DNA from: Pirellulales bacterium
GTDB taxonomy: Bacteria; Planctomycetota; Planctomycetia; Pirellulales; JAICIG01
Length of the DNA: 64,000 nt
Direction: 5' to 3'
Assembly: GCA_035550375.1 (NCBI GenBank)
Contig: DASZPH010000061.1
Coordinates: 50,514-114,513, forward strand
Shown: one piece after another, positions 45,503 through 53,906 of the stretch
Numbering within the stretch: the stretch's first letter is position 1
Layout of the letters: every line of letters begins with the position of its first letter
The notes under the pieces: generated by a model
Told to the model about the DNA's origin: nothing
Database searches by the model: none
The model's input: the letters and a program-made list of their open reading frames with translations, nothing else
Program-made: the position numbers and the translations under genes

Positions 45503-47937
45503 GCCGCGACCTCTATGCACGAGCCAAGAGCGTTTTTGTCCGCGCCGTCGATCTGCCGGCAGGGGCGCGCCGAGCGTTTGTCGAGCAAGAATGTCGCGGG
45601 GACGCGGCGCTGCGCGCCGAGGTGGAATCGCTCCTGGCGCACCATCACACGCAGACGCTGATCGCCTCCCTCTCCACCACGGCGCCGCTGAGAGCGGCCA
45701 AGACACCGGCAAGCGAAGTCCGTTCGTTGTTTCGCCGGGCGGCGTCCGCCGTCGTGCGTCTGCGACCGCAAGGACAAATGGCACTTGGCGCGCTTGCAGC
45801 CATGCTTTTGTCGGCGGCCATGGGAGTGTGGGTCCACAGCGGCACGGAAGCAACGCTTCGGCAGATCCTTGGCGAAAAGCTTCGCGGCATGCTCGACGCC
45901 GACGTGGCTGCGGTCGATCTCTGGGTGCAGAGCAAGAAGGCGCGCGTCCGTGAATGGGCGAGTGACCGGACCCTGTGCGACCGAGTGGCCGAGTTGTTGC
46001 GCAGCCAGGCGAGTGACGCAAGCCAGAGTGGACCGGCGTCGCTGCAAGCCAGGCTCGACGAGTTGGCCGAGGCGCATCCCGATTTTATCCTTTGGGATCG
46101 CACCCAGACGGTCGTGGCCGATTCGTCGCGGCAGGACGACGCCGTGGCGCGCAGCGCGACGCCGCTGGGTGCCAGGCTGCTGAGCCACGTTTTCCACGGA
46201 GAGACGGTCCTCTGCATCGAGCGTCCCTCCCAACCGCTTTTTCGCCCCGGCCAGGCGCCCGCCGACGCTCCGCTGCTTTCGATCCTCTGCCCTGTCGAAG
46301 GCGACGACGATCGGATCGTGGCTGCGTTGATGATCCGCAACATCGACCGTGACGGCGAACTGGACCGAATCCTGGGGTACGTCCACACGGGCGAATCCGG
46401 GGAATGCTACGCCTTCGACCGCGAGGGGATCATGCTCACCGAAAGCCGTTTCAACGAGCAACTGGTGCGCATCGGACTGATTCCGCCCAATGCCAAGGCG
46501 CGCTCGGCCACGGTGGTGTCGTTGCGCGATCCGGGGGCCGATCTCACGGCCGGCTACAAGCCTGATCGCCCTTTTGCGGTTTGCCCGCTGACAAGCATGG
46601 CCGCTCACGCCGTGGCCGGAGAAGACGGCATCGACCTGGACGGCTATCGAGACTATCGCGGGGTGGAAGTGATCGGGGCCTGGAAATGGCTGCCGAAATA
46701 CGAGTTCGGCATGGCGATCGAAATCGACCGCTGGGAAGCCTACGCGCCTCTCAAGTACCTCGACATTGCTTTTGGGGTCCTGCTCGTGGTATTGGGCGCG
46801 ACCTTGGCGGCCGTCGCCTTCTCCTGGCTTTCGATCGCCCGTTTGCGGCGCGAAGTGAGCGCGGCGCGGCAGCTGGGCCAATACACGCTCGAAGAGTTGA
46901 TCGGCGAGGGAGGGATGGGACAGGTCTATCGCGCCCGGCATTTGCTCCTCAAGCGACCGACGGCCGTGAAGGTGCTCAAACCCGATCTGAGCACCCCGCA
47001 AATGCTGGCCCGCTTCGAGCGGGAGGTACAGCTCAGCAGCCAGTTGACGCATCCCAACACAATCGAGATCTTCGATTACGGCCGCACGCCCGACGACGTG
47101 TTTTACTACGCCATGGAATACATCGACGGGCTGAACCTCGCCCAGGTCGTGGCTCTCACCGGGCCGCTGCCAGCGGCGCGCGTGGTCCACATCCTGCGGC
47201 AAATCTGCGGATCGCTGCGCGAAGCGCACGCGTTGGGTCTGCTGCATCGAGACATCAAGCCGCAGAACATCATGCTCTGTTGCCGCGGCGGCGAGTCCGA
47301 CGTGGTGAAAGTGCTCGATTTCGGTCTGGCCAAACGGGTTTCAAGCGATAAGACGACGGGTGCGACGAGCGGCACGGGCCTGGTCGGAACGCCTCTGTAC
47401 ATGTCGCCCGAGCGATTGCTGTCTCCCGGCACGGTCGATGCCCGCAGTGACATCTACTCCGTGGGAGCGGTCGGCTTCAAACTACTGACTGGCGAAGATG
47501 TTTTTTTTGCCGACAACGAGAGCACGATTCTGGCTCAGATCGTCGAAGGCCCGATTCCCCGGCCCTCCGAGCATGCGGCGATCGATGTGCCGCGGGAGCT
47601 CGACGACTTGATCGCCTCCTGTCTCTCCAAACGGTCCGACGACCGCCCCGCCAGCGCGGCGCACTTGCTGGCGGCCCTGGACGCGATGAGCCTGAGCGGC
47701 CGCTGGAGCCAACAAGAAGCGTTCGAGTGGTGGCGCACGGTCGGCGGATCAGCCGCCGCAGGACCGGATGCAGCCGAGCAACTAGCTGCCCGTGCCGAAT
47801 CCCGCGTTGGTGAGGCTGGTTTGGATGCCGCCCCAGAACCCGCCAGCCTGGCCCCCGACGGCCCCGATCGACGAGATAACGGCGATCAGGATGAGCGCCA
47901 GCATGACGGCATACTCGACGGCGGTGGCAGCTTCTGA
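45499..47937 (+). CDS. Ser/Thr protein kinase with a periplasmic Cache-like sensor (partner of the ECF sigma)
   Basis: GTG 45499 overlaps TGA 45500-45502. Domain order: N-terminal helix (RRAFVEQECRGDAALRAEVESLLAHHH), TM, Cache-like block (DYRGVEVIGAWKWLPKYEFGMAIEIDRWEAYAPL), TM, then kinase (GEGGMGQVYRARH, AVKVLK, HRDIKPQNIM, DFGLAK, VGTPLYMSPE). The last roughly 50 codons are low-complexity and overlap the flp gene. Confidence 0.88.
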   Translation: MSRDLYARAKSVFVRAVDLPAGARRAFVEQECRGDAALRAEVESLLAHHHTQTLIASLSTTAPLRAAKTPASEVRSLFRRAASAVVRLRPQGQMALGALAAMLLSAAMGVWVHSGTEATLRQILGEKLRGMLDADVAAVDLWVQSKKARVREWASDRTLCDRVAELLRSQASDASQSGPASLQARLDELAEAHPDFILWDRTQTVVADSSRQDDAVARSATPLGARLLSHVFHGETVLCIERPSQPLFRPGQAPADAPLLSILCPVEGDDDRIVAALMIRNIDRDGELDRILGYVHTGESGECYAFDREGIMLTESRFNEQLVRIGLIPPNAKARSATVVSLRDPGADLTAGYKPDRPFAVCPLTSMAAHAVAGEDGIDLDGYRDYRGVEVIGAWKWLPKYEFGMAIEIDRWEAYAPLKYLDIAFGVLLVVLGATLAAVAFSWLSIARLRREVSAARQLGQYTLEELIGEGGMGQVYRARHLLLKRPTAVKVLKPDLSTPQMLARFEREVQLSSQLTHPNTIEIFDYGRTPDDVFYYAMEYIDGLNLAQVVALTGPLPAARVVHILRQICGSLREAHALGLLHRDIKPQNIMLCCRGGESDVVKVLDFGLAKRVSSDKTTGATSGTGLVGTPLYMSPERLLSPGTVDARSDIYSVGAVGFKLLTGEDVFFADNESTILAQIVEGPIPRPSEHAAIDVPRELDDLIASCLSKRSDDRPASAAHLLAALDAMSLSGRWSQQEAFEWWRTVGGSAAAGPDAAEQLAARAESRVGEAGLDAAPEPASLAPDGPDRRDNGDQDERQHDGILDGGGSF

Positions 47938-47967
47938 GTCCAGCAGGAATCGGCGCCAGAATGCCAT
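47782..47967 (-). CDS. flp: Flp-family type IVb pilin
   Basis: MAFWRRFLLDSEAATAVEYAVMLALILIAVISSIG carries the Flp signature (xxAVEY followed by a hydrophobic helix). The product is 61 aa. No tad genes lie in the window. Confidence 0.75.
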   Translation of the reverse strand: MAFWRRFLLDSEAATAVEYAVMLALILIAVISSIGAVGGQAGGFWGGIQTSLTNAGFGTGS

Positions 47968-48337
47968 GGTCGACCTGCGTCCGGGAAACCCGTTGATGAC
48001 GAAACCAAGAACCGTCCGCGCTGGCGAAGGTCACGATGACCTACGGAAGTGATTGCCAGCTACACTGGAAACCTAGCTCGCAATCGAGGGGGAGTCAAAA
48101 GGCGACGGCTTGAAGCAGGAGGCCGTCGAATGGCCTTCTCGGCCGAAACGCAGCCCAGCGGAACGTGGAGTCGGCGCCTCCGGGAGTTGCGCTCTACTTT
48201 TGATGGGGCAAGATTCCCTTCATCTCTTTCGTCCCAGTCGACCCGCGCGGTGCGCACGCGACCCCACGAATCCTTGCCCGACCGCTGGCGAAGGCCGCGG
48301 CCCGGCAGGGCAACGCAATACACCCAGACCCCAGTAA

Positions 48338-49306
48338 ATGGAGCTTGTTGTGGCTGATCTGACGGCAACCCGTTGGTCGGAATCGCTGCAGGGCAGGTGG
48401 CCCCAAGGCGAACTCGAAGAACGCACCGATTGCCTGGTGTGTATCTATCCGCCTGAGCGGCTGGGCAGCATTGCTAAACTAACCGACCGCGAATTCGTCA
48501 TCGGGCGTGACTCCGCGTGCGATCTCGAACTGCCCGACGAGTCGGTCTCGCGGCGCCACGCGGTGTTGCGCCCCGCGATGGACTGCTACCTGTTGATCGA
48601 TGTTGGCAGCACCAACGGAACCTACGTCAACGAGATGCCCATCTCGGCGCAGCGGATTGAATCGGGCGACAGGCTGCGATTCGGAAACCAGATCTTCAAG
48701 TTCCTCTCGACCGACCGTTTCGAGGCCGAGTTCTTTGAAACGGCCTACCGGTTCATGACCACCGACGGGCTCACGCAGATCTACAACAAGCGGTATTTGA
48801 TGGAGGTGGCCGACCGCGAGTTGCGTCGCGCCTCGCGCGCGAACATTCCGTTCTCGGTGCTCATGATCGACGTCGACTATTTCAAGTCGATCAACGACGA
48901 CCACGGCCACCTGGTGGGCGACGAAGTGCTGATTGAACTGGCCCGACGTCTGCGGTCGGTGCTGCGCGGGGGCGAGGTGTTGGGCCGTTACGGAGGGGAA
49001 GAATTCTGCCTCCTTCTACCCGACACGGGCCAGGAGGAAGCGCGGCAAACCGGGGAGCGTCTGCGCGCCGTGGTCGCCGAAAGGTCTTTCCGCTACGACG
49101 GCAAGGAGCTTGCCGTTACGGTGAGTATCGGGGCGGCCACGGCTGAACCGGCGGCCCAGATGACGGCAACCCAGACGACGGCAACCCAGACGACGGCGGC
49201 CGATTTGATGGCCGCCGCCGACGTTCAACTCTACGCTGCCAAGCGCGCCGGCCGAAATCGGGTGTGTGTCGGAGTTGGCGTACCAGCGGGCGTGCAGGGC
49301 GGATGA
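48338..49306 (+). CDS. FHA-domain diguanylate cyclase (FHA-GGDEF)
   Basis: FHA: FVIGRDSACDLELPDESVSRRHAVL...LLIDVGSTNGTYVN. GGDEF: SVLMIDVDYFKSINDDHGHLVGDEVL...RYGGEEFCLLLP. Confidence 0.9.
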   Translation: MELVVADLTATRWSESLQGRWPQGELEERTDCLVCIYPPERLGSIAKLTDREFVIGRDSACDLELPDESVSRRHAVLRPAMDCYLLIDVGSTNGTYVNEMPISAQRIESGDRLRFGNQIFKFLSTDRFEAEFFETAYRFMTTDGLTQIYNKRYLMEVADRELRRASRANIPFSVLMIDVDYFKSINDDHGHLVGDEVLIELARRLRSVLRGGEVLGRYGGEEFCLLLPDTGQEEARQTGERLRAVVAERSFRYDGKELAVTVSIGAATAEPAAQMTATQTTATQTTAADLMAAADVQLYAAKRAGRNRVCVGVGVPAGVQGG

Positions 49307-49376
49307 TTCACCGGCTTCCGCCCCGGGCCGGCCATGACGTACCGTCCCGCCATGGCACGGCCGGAGCAAGCGGTTT

Positions 49377-50222
49377 TCACCGCACCGCCTCGTTCAGCAT
49401 TCGGGTGTTGGGGATGCTGTGGCGGTTGAGCAGGCCGTCTTCCTCCGTCTCGACGACCGTGGCCACGGTCCCCACCTCGCGGATGATTCCCTCCATTCCG
49501 GCCACGTGAATCCGGTCGCCGGCGTGCATCCGCTGCCGCAGATAATAGCCGGCCAGAATACCGGCCATCACGTCGCGGCCACCCAGGCCGAACGCGAGTC
49601 CGCAGCCCAACGAGAGACCGGCCGCCGCCAGCAGGATCAGCTCCTTCAGCAGTCCAAATTCGATGTGGAGTTGGTCGAAGGCGCCGATAAAAGTCATCAG
49701 TGCCAACACGTAGTAAACGGCGTCCGCCAACGTTTCGGCATAGGTGATGCCGACCCGATCGGCGCCGGTCGCGACAACTCCGCGTAAGAAGCCGGCCACC
49801 AGCAACCCCACGACGACCACGACCGTGGCCACGAGCAGGTTGGGAATGTAGGCCACGATGCGCTCCATTGCGGCCGATACGGCACCGAGGCCGAGGATAT
49901 TGAATCCGGCCGCCAGGAAGACGCACATCGTCAGCCAGAAAACGATCTGACCGATAATCGAGGGCACGCTGCGGCCGATGCCGACCTGCTTCATCGAAGC
50001 GGCCAGCCCGCTGCGTTCGGCTGCCGTCTGCAGGCCAAGCGACTGGCTGAGCGCCACGCTGAACCGGTCGAGCACGCGGGCCACGATGTAGCCGACGACG
50101 ACCACGACGAGCATCGCCACCAAGTGCGGTAAGAGGTTGACGATGTCGCCGAACGCCCGATCGAAGCTGGCGCGTAGCGCTTCTTCCCAAGTGTGAAAAT
50201 TCTGCAGGTTAAGACCCGACAT
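49377..50222 (-). CDS. Membrane protein with conserved-TM-helix repeats and a MscS-like C-terminal beta domain
   Basis: Several TM helices carry the repeated (V/I)VGxxVA pattern. The C-terminus GDRIHVAGMEGIIREVGTVATVVETEEDG resembles the MscS beta-domain. The functional call is tentative. Confidence 0.6.
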   Translation of the reverse strand: MSGLNLQNFHTWEEALRASFDRAFGDIVNLLPHLVAMLVVVVVGYIVARVLDRFSVALSQSLGLQTAAERSGLAASMKQVGIGRSVPSIIGQIVFWLTMCVFLAAGFNILGLGAVSAAMERIVAYIPNLLVATVVVVVGLLVAGFLRGVVATGADRVGITYAETLADAVYYVLALMTFIGAFDQLHIEFGLLKELILLAAAGLSLGCGLAFGLGGRDVMAGILAGYYLRQRMHAGDRIHVAGMEGIIREVGTVATVVETEEDGLLNRHSIPNTRMLNEAVR

Positions 50223-50240
50223 GGTTGTTCTCCCGTATTT

Positions 50241-50492
50241 CTATGGCTGTTGTTCTGTTCGTGGTTCTCTTTCCTCCGCCGCCGGATACTTTCCCGACGA
50301 CGTATAAAGGGCGGCGGCCGCCAGGGCCCGTGCGAACTCCGCCAGAGCACAGGGCAGGGCGAGGCAGGCAAATTCCGTGAGTTGGCCCACCACAAGCGTC
50401 CGATTCAGCCGCTGGTGCACCGCGCGGTCGAAATCGGCAGGCAACGGCGGAACCGTTGCCTGAGCTAGCTGCTCAAGCGGATCGTGCGTCAT
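50241..50492 (-). CDS. Small membrane protein downstream of the ECF sigma (candidate anti-sigma factor)
   Basis: 83 aa with one hydrophobic helix (FACLALPCALAEFARALAAAALY), 48 nt downstream of the sigma gene. It has no zinc-binding anti-sigma motif, so the role rests on position only. Confidence 0.4.
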   Translation of the reverse strand: MTHDPLEQLAQATVPPLPADFDRAVHQRLNRTLVVGQLTEFACLALPCALAEFARALAAAALYTSSGKYPAAEEREPRTEQQP

Positions 50493-50540
50493 GCTGTATC
50501 CTCGCCACTAAAAGCTCTGTTGCCGCTCACGGCCGCGGGG

Positions 50541-51131
50541 TCACGTGAGAAATGAGAATTCCTGTTGGATTTTTTCTTTTGCCCGGCTCACGCGCATCTT
50601 GCAGGCCGCCGCCGACAGGCCGAAGATCTCGGCCAACTCCTCATAGCTATAGCTCTCGCAGTATTTCAGGATCACCAGCGCCCGGTCCTCTTCGTCGAGA
50701 CACTCGAGCATTTCCCGCACGTCGAGAGAAAGGCCGGGCTGCGTCGGCTCGCCGGGGGGCAGTTCGCTCTTGGCGGCGGCCGTTTCGTGACGCCGACGGC
50801 GTCCCCGGCCGCGGCGGAACATGAGGCACGTTCGCACCGTGATGCCGTGAACCCAGGTGGAATACTTGGAATGTCCGTGAAATCGGCCGCGCTGTGTGAA
50901 GAGCCGCACGAAGACTTCCTGGGCGGCGTCCTGAGCATCGTCGGCGTGGCCCAGCAGGCGAAAGCAGATCCGCCAGACTCGCTCGCGGTAGCGCTTCGTG
51001 AGTTCGACGAAAGCGGGGCCGTCCGACCCTTCGCGCGCGGCTTCACCGGCGAGCGTTTCGTCGCTTTGTTCGGCGAGCGCCTTGTTCACGCCTGCGGCGC
51101 GTTCAGCGGTTGGCCGCGAAGTCCCCTTCAT
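50541..51131 (-). CDS. ECF-family RNA polymerase sigma factor
   Basis: ATG 51131. Region 2 reads YRERVWRICFRLLGHADDAQDAAQEVFVRLF, and region 4 reads LVILKYCESYSYEELAEIFGLSAAACKMRVSRAKEKI. Confidence 0.85.
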   Translation of the reverse strand: MKGTSRPTAERAAGVNKALAEQSDETLAGEAAREGSDGPAFVELTKRYRERVWRICFRLLGHADDAQDAAQEVFVRLFTQRGRFHGHSKYSTWVHGITVRTCLMFRRGRGRRRRHETAAAKSELPPGEPTQPGLSLDVREMLECLDEEDRALVILKYCESYSYEELAEIFGLSAAACKMRVSRAKEKIQQEFSFLT

Positions 51132-51145
51132 TGGTTCGCCGGTAT

Positions 51146-51183
51146 CCCCTCCTCCCTTCGGAAGAGGGACAGGTGGGGGCGGG
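51146..51183 (-). repeat. Third copy of the GC-rich GCCCYCACC...CCCTCTYCCGRAGGGAGRAGGG element
   Basis: The minus strand reads CCCGCCCCCACCTGTCCCTCTTCCGAAGGGAGGAGGGG, which is collinear with 39842-39875. It ends 14 nt upstream of the ECF sigma ATG at 51131. Confidence 0.55.
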
Positions 51184-51445
51184 CTGCGTGGCAGGTTGGG
51201 TTTGCGCCGTGCAAAGCAGAACCCGTGACCAGTCGCCCTTGAATCATAGGGCAATGCCTCCCTAGCGGCCATTTCTGATACGCCGGAAATACCGAAAGAG
51301 GCCCTATCGGCGTCACCTTCGATAGCATTGGGCCTTCCGGACTCAGGGGCTTCGCGGCGACCCCAGCGACGGGAAAATGCCCTAGTTTGCTCCGCGATAC
51401 CCTCGATGGCGGCAATTCTGACCTACTATTGAGGGTGATCTCAAT

Positions 51446-51913
51446 ATGTTGTTTGGTCGGAGCGAGCCGGCAATGGAGAAGGACATGGCGCGGAAACTGA
51501 ACGTATTGGTCATCGACGACGATCCGAGCATCGTGCGCCTGTTGACGCTTCTGATTGAGCGTCGGTTGGGTGACAAGTTGAACGTCTGCGGGCTAACCGA
51601 TTCGGGCGAGGCTCTGGCCTGGCTGGACCGCAATTGCTGCGACATCCTCGTCTCGGATATCGACATGCCCGACGTCGACGGGCTCCAGATGCTGCGATAC
51701 GCCAAGCGCCGCAACGCCTGGACGCAAGTCATCTTCATCACGGCGCACTCCACCTGGGACCGCCTCACGGAGGCAGTCGAATTCGGCGCCAGCGACTACC
51801 TGCTCAAGCCGATCGACCAGGAAGATCTGGTCTCGCTGCTCGGTCAGCAGTACGTGCGCTGTGCCCGCTGGCAGTCGGCCGTGCTCGGCACGCTGGAAGC
51901 CGCGGTCGGGTAG
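51446..51913 (+). CDS. Stand-alone response-regulator receiver domain (CheY-like)
   Basis: LNVLVIDDD, CDILVSDIDMPDVDG (phospho-acceptor Asp), VIFITAHS and DYLLKP. ATG 51473 or ATG 51485 are more typical starts. Confidence 0.85.
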   Translation: MLFGRSEPAMEKDMARKLNVLVIDDDPSIVRLLTLLIERRLGDKLNVCGLTDSGEALAWLDRNCCDILVSDIDMPDVDGLQMLRYAKRRNAWTQVIFITAHSTWDRLTEAVEFGASDYLLKPIDQEDLVSLLGQQYVRCARWQSAVLGTLEAAVG

Positions 51914-52051
51914 CATTTCTTGGCTGCGAAGGCCTCGCGCCGGGCTGATTAGTCCGCGCGGCAAATAATTGAACTTTCCCCTTGGCGCCGATAAATTGAC
52001 GGTCGGCGGCGAATGGGCACCTGGTCGCCGGATCGCGCGGGGGATTGTATC

Positions 52052-53746
52052 ATGGCCACCAAAGCCGATTGGCTCGACCGTCTCGACAACGTCTTCGACT
52101 ATCAGGCGCTTGCGCAACTTTTTTCGGATCTGGCCGCGCAGGCAGAAGCCGGGCGAGAAGACCCCGGCCTGGCGTCGAAGATCGACGACTGCATCCGCCG
52201 AATCGAAGAGGAACGGGCCTCCGACCAGCGCGAACTGGACGGGATCAGGGAACGCTACGAGACATTTCAGCAAGCCAACCGGGGCTTCGTCGGATGGGTC
52301 AAACGACACGTCCCTTTCACCGAAACCCGCCGGCAAGACCTCGAGCATCGCAGCGAGTTGGCCGACCAGCAGGCCGAGGTTCTCGCCGACAACCTCGTCA
52401 TCGCCCGGGCGCAGATGCTCAAGGAACGGTTCCTCGCTCCCGCGGACCGCAGGCTGGGGCGACGGCCGCTCGAGTGGCAGCGAGAACTCCAGCCTTTCGA
52501 GACCGTAACGCACCTGGCGAGTCTGGCGCCGTCGTTGCGAGCACTAGCGGCCGAGACGGAGCGGTCTCGCGGGTTTCTTGACCTGGTGAAGAAGGAGATC
52601 GACGCGTTCGCCAGCGCCGCCTTCGCGGCCAAGGAGGATCGCGCCCGGCGCGACGCCGACCTGACAGCCGCCCGCAGCGAACTGGCCGACCTCCTGGCGG
52701 AAGCCGAGCAGAAGGAGAAGCTCAAGCTGGGCGGGCTGACGCGATTGGGCCGGTTCGTCGCCGAAGAGCTGACCGCGACCAGCGCCGCCTTTCGCGAGGA
52801 CGCCCGGCAGCTTGCCGAGCTTGAATCGTCGGCCGCCCGGCTCGGCGCCGCGCACGAAGCGCTCGACCAGCTTAAGACCTCGGCGGAAAGAGTCGGCGCC
52901 CAGACCAAGGAGCTGCAAGGCATTCCCGAACAGCTTCAATCGCTGCGGGTCGAACGGCAGCAAGCGGAGCGGCGACAAACCGACGCCGCCATGGCCGAGG
53001 CGAGGAAAGCCGCTGTGGCCGAGGAACGACGTATCCACCACGACGAAGCCCGGCGTCGATTCGAGCAAGCCCAGCAGGCGCTCGCGTCGGTACAGCAGGC
53101 CGACGCGGCCTGGCGAGCGCAACACACGCCCGACAAGACCATGGCGCAAATGGTCGAGGCTGGGCCCGACAACTCTCCTCACGCGGCCCATCTGCGCGAG
53201 GCGCAGGCCGCCGTCTCGGCCGAACAAGCCGCCTACCAGCATGTCTTGCAATCGTTCGAGATGGCGAAGCAAGACGCGGCACAGTCCCTCGCGGCAATCG
53301 AGGCCGGCCGGGGGCAGGTTGCGGCGATCGACGGCCGCATGGCCGCGCTGGAGCAACGCCGTGCCCAGTTGCAACGTGAATTGCCACAGTCGGCGATGTC
53401 GGGCCAGGCCGCTTTCGCCAGGGCGGCCGCGGCGCTGGCGACGTACCTGAACAACGAGCCGGCCGGAAGGACGACGACTCTCGCGCCCCCGTATGGCTGC
53501 GTCAGCGGGAACCAACTCAACGCCTCCTGGGGCGACGCCCTGCTGCACGCCGACCGTGATTTTGCCCGGCATCTGCAAGCCGTGGCCCTGCTCGAGCAGC
53601 TCTCCCAGTGGCAGCGCGAGCGACAACAAGAGCTCGACCGCGACCGGGCCTCGATCCGCCAGCGTCGCACGGCCGCATGGAAGCAGCGGTGCCGTGACCT
53701 GGTGGGCGATGCGCTCGCCGACGGCATGACTGAACCGCAAACGTAG
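52052..53746 (+). CDS. Large cytoplasmic coiled-coil protein (564 aa, unknown function)
   Basis: ATG 52052. Long Ala/Glu/Arg/Gln-rich helical sequence with no TM helix or signal peptide. No family recognised. Confidence 0.6.
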   Translation: MATKADWLDRLDNVFDYQALAQLFSDLAAQAEAGREDPGLASKIDDCIRRIEEERASDQRELDGIRERYETFQQANRGFVGWVKRHVPFTETRRQDLEHRSELADQQAEVLADNLVIARAQMLKERFLAPADRRLGRRPLEWQRELQPFETVTHLASLAPSLRALAAETERSRGFLDLVKKEIDAFASAAFAAKEDRARRDADLTAARSELADLLAEAEQKEKLKLGGLTRLGRFVAEELTATSAAFREDARQLAELESSAARLGAAHEALDQLKTSAERVGAQTKELQGIPEQLQSLRVERQQAERRQTDAAMAEARKAAVAEERRIHHDEARRRFEQAQQALASVQQADAAWRAQHTPDKTMAQMVEAGPDNSPHAAHLREAQAAVSAEQAAYQHVLQSFEMAKQDAAQSLAAIEAGRGQVAAIDGRMAALEQRRAQLQRELPQSAMSGQAAFARAAAALATYLNNEPAGRTTTLAPPYGCVSGNQLNASWGDALLHADRDFARHLQAVALLEQLSQWQRERQQELDRDRASIRQRRTAAWKQRCRDLVGDALADGMTEPQT

Positions 53747-53877
53747 ACTTTGCCGGCCCTCATCGGCCAGTCTTCCTGGGCAGGGCGGTGTTCAGGTGGC
53801 TTATAGGGCCCCCTCACCCGCGCGCCGAGCCTCTCCTAAACTTCCGCCGACCGCGGGCCGAAGAGTCTCCCAGAGCC

Positions 53878-53906
53878 TTGATTTTGCCGTTGATGACACC
53901 TACGAT
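53878..53906 (+). promoter_or_regulatory. Sigma-70-like promoter candidate upstream of cysE
   Basis: TTGATT (53878-53883), a 17-nt spacer, then TACGAT (53901-53906). This would give a leader of about 250 nt before ATG 54160. Confidence 0.25.

Noticed and set aside
45046-47247. 733-aa minus-strand ORF opposite the ECF sigma and Ser/Thr kinase genes
   Set aside because: It is a shadow ORF. The plus strand carries complete sigma and kinase motif sets, and the minus-strand product is low-complexity and Arg-rich.
52544-53740. 398-aa minus-strand ORF, plus other alternative-frame ORFs, over the coiled-coil protein gene
   Set aside because: The plus-strand frame from ATG 52052 is the longest and has a coherent helical heptad-like composition. 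The alternatives are Arg/Gly/Pro-rich. Confidence in the plus-strand call is only moderate because the product has no recognisable motif.
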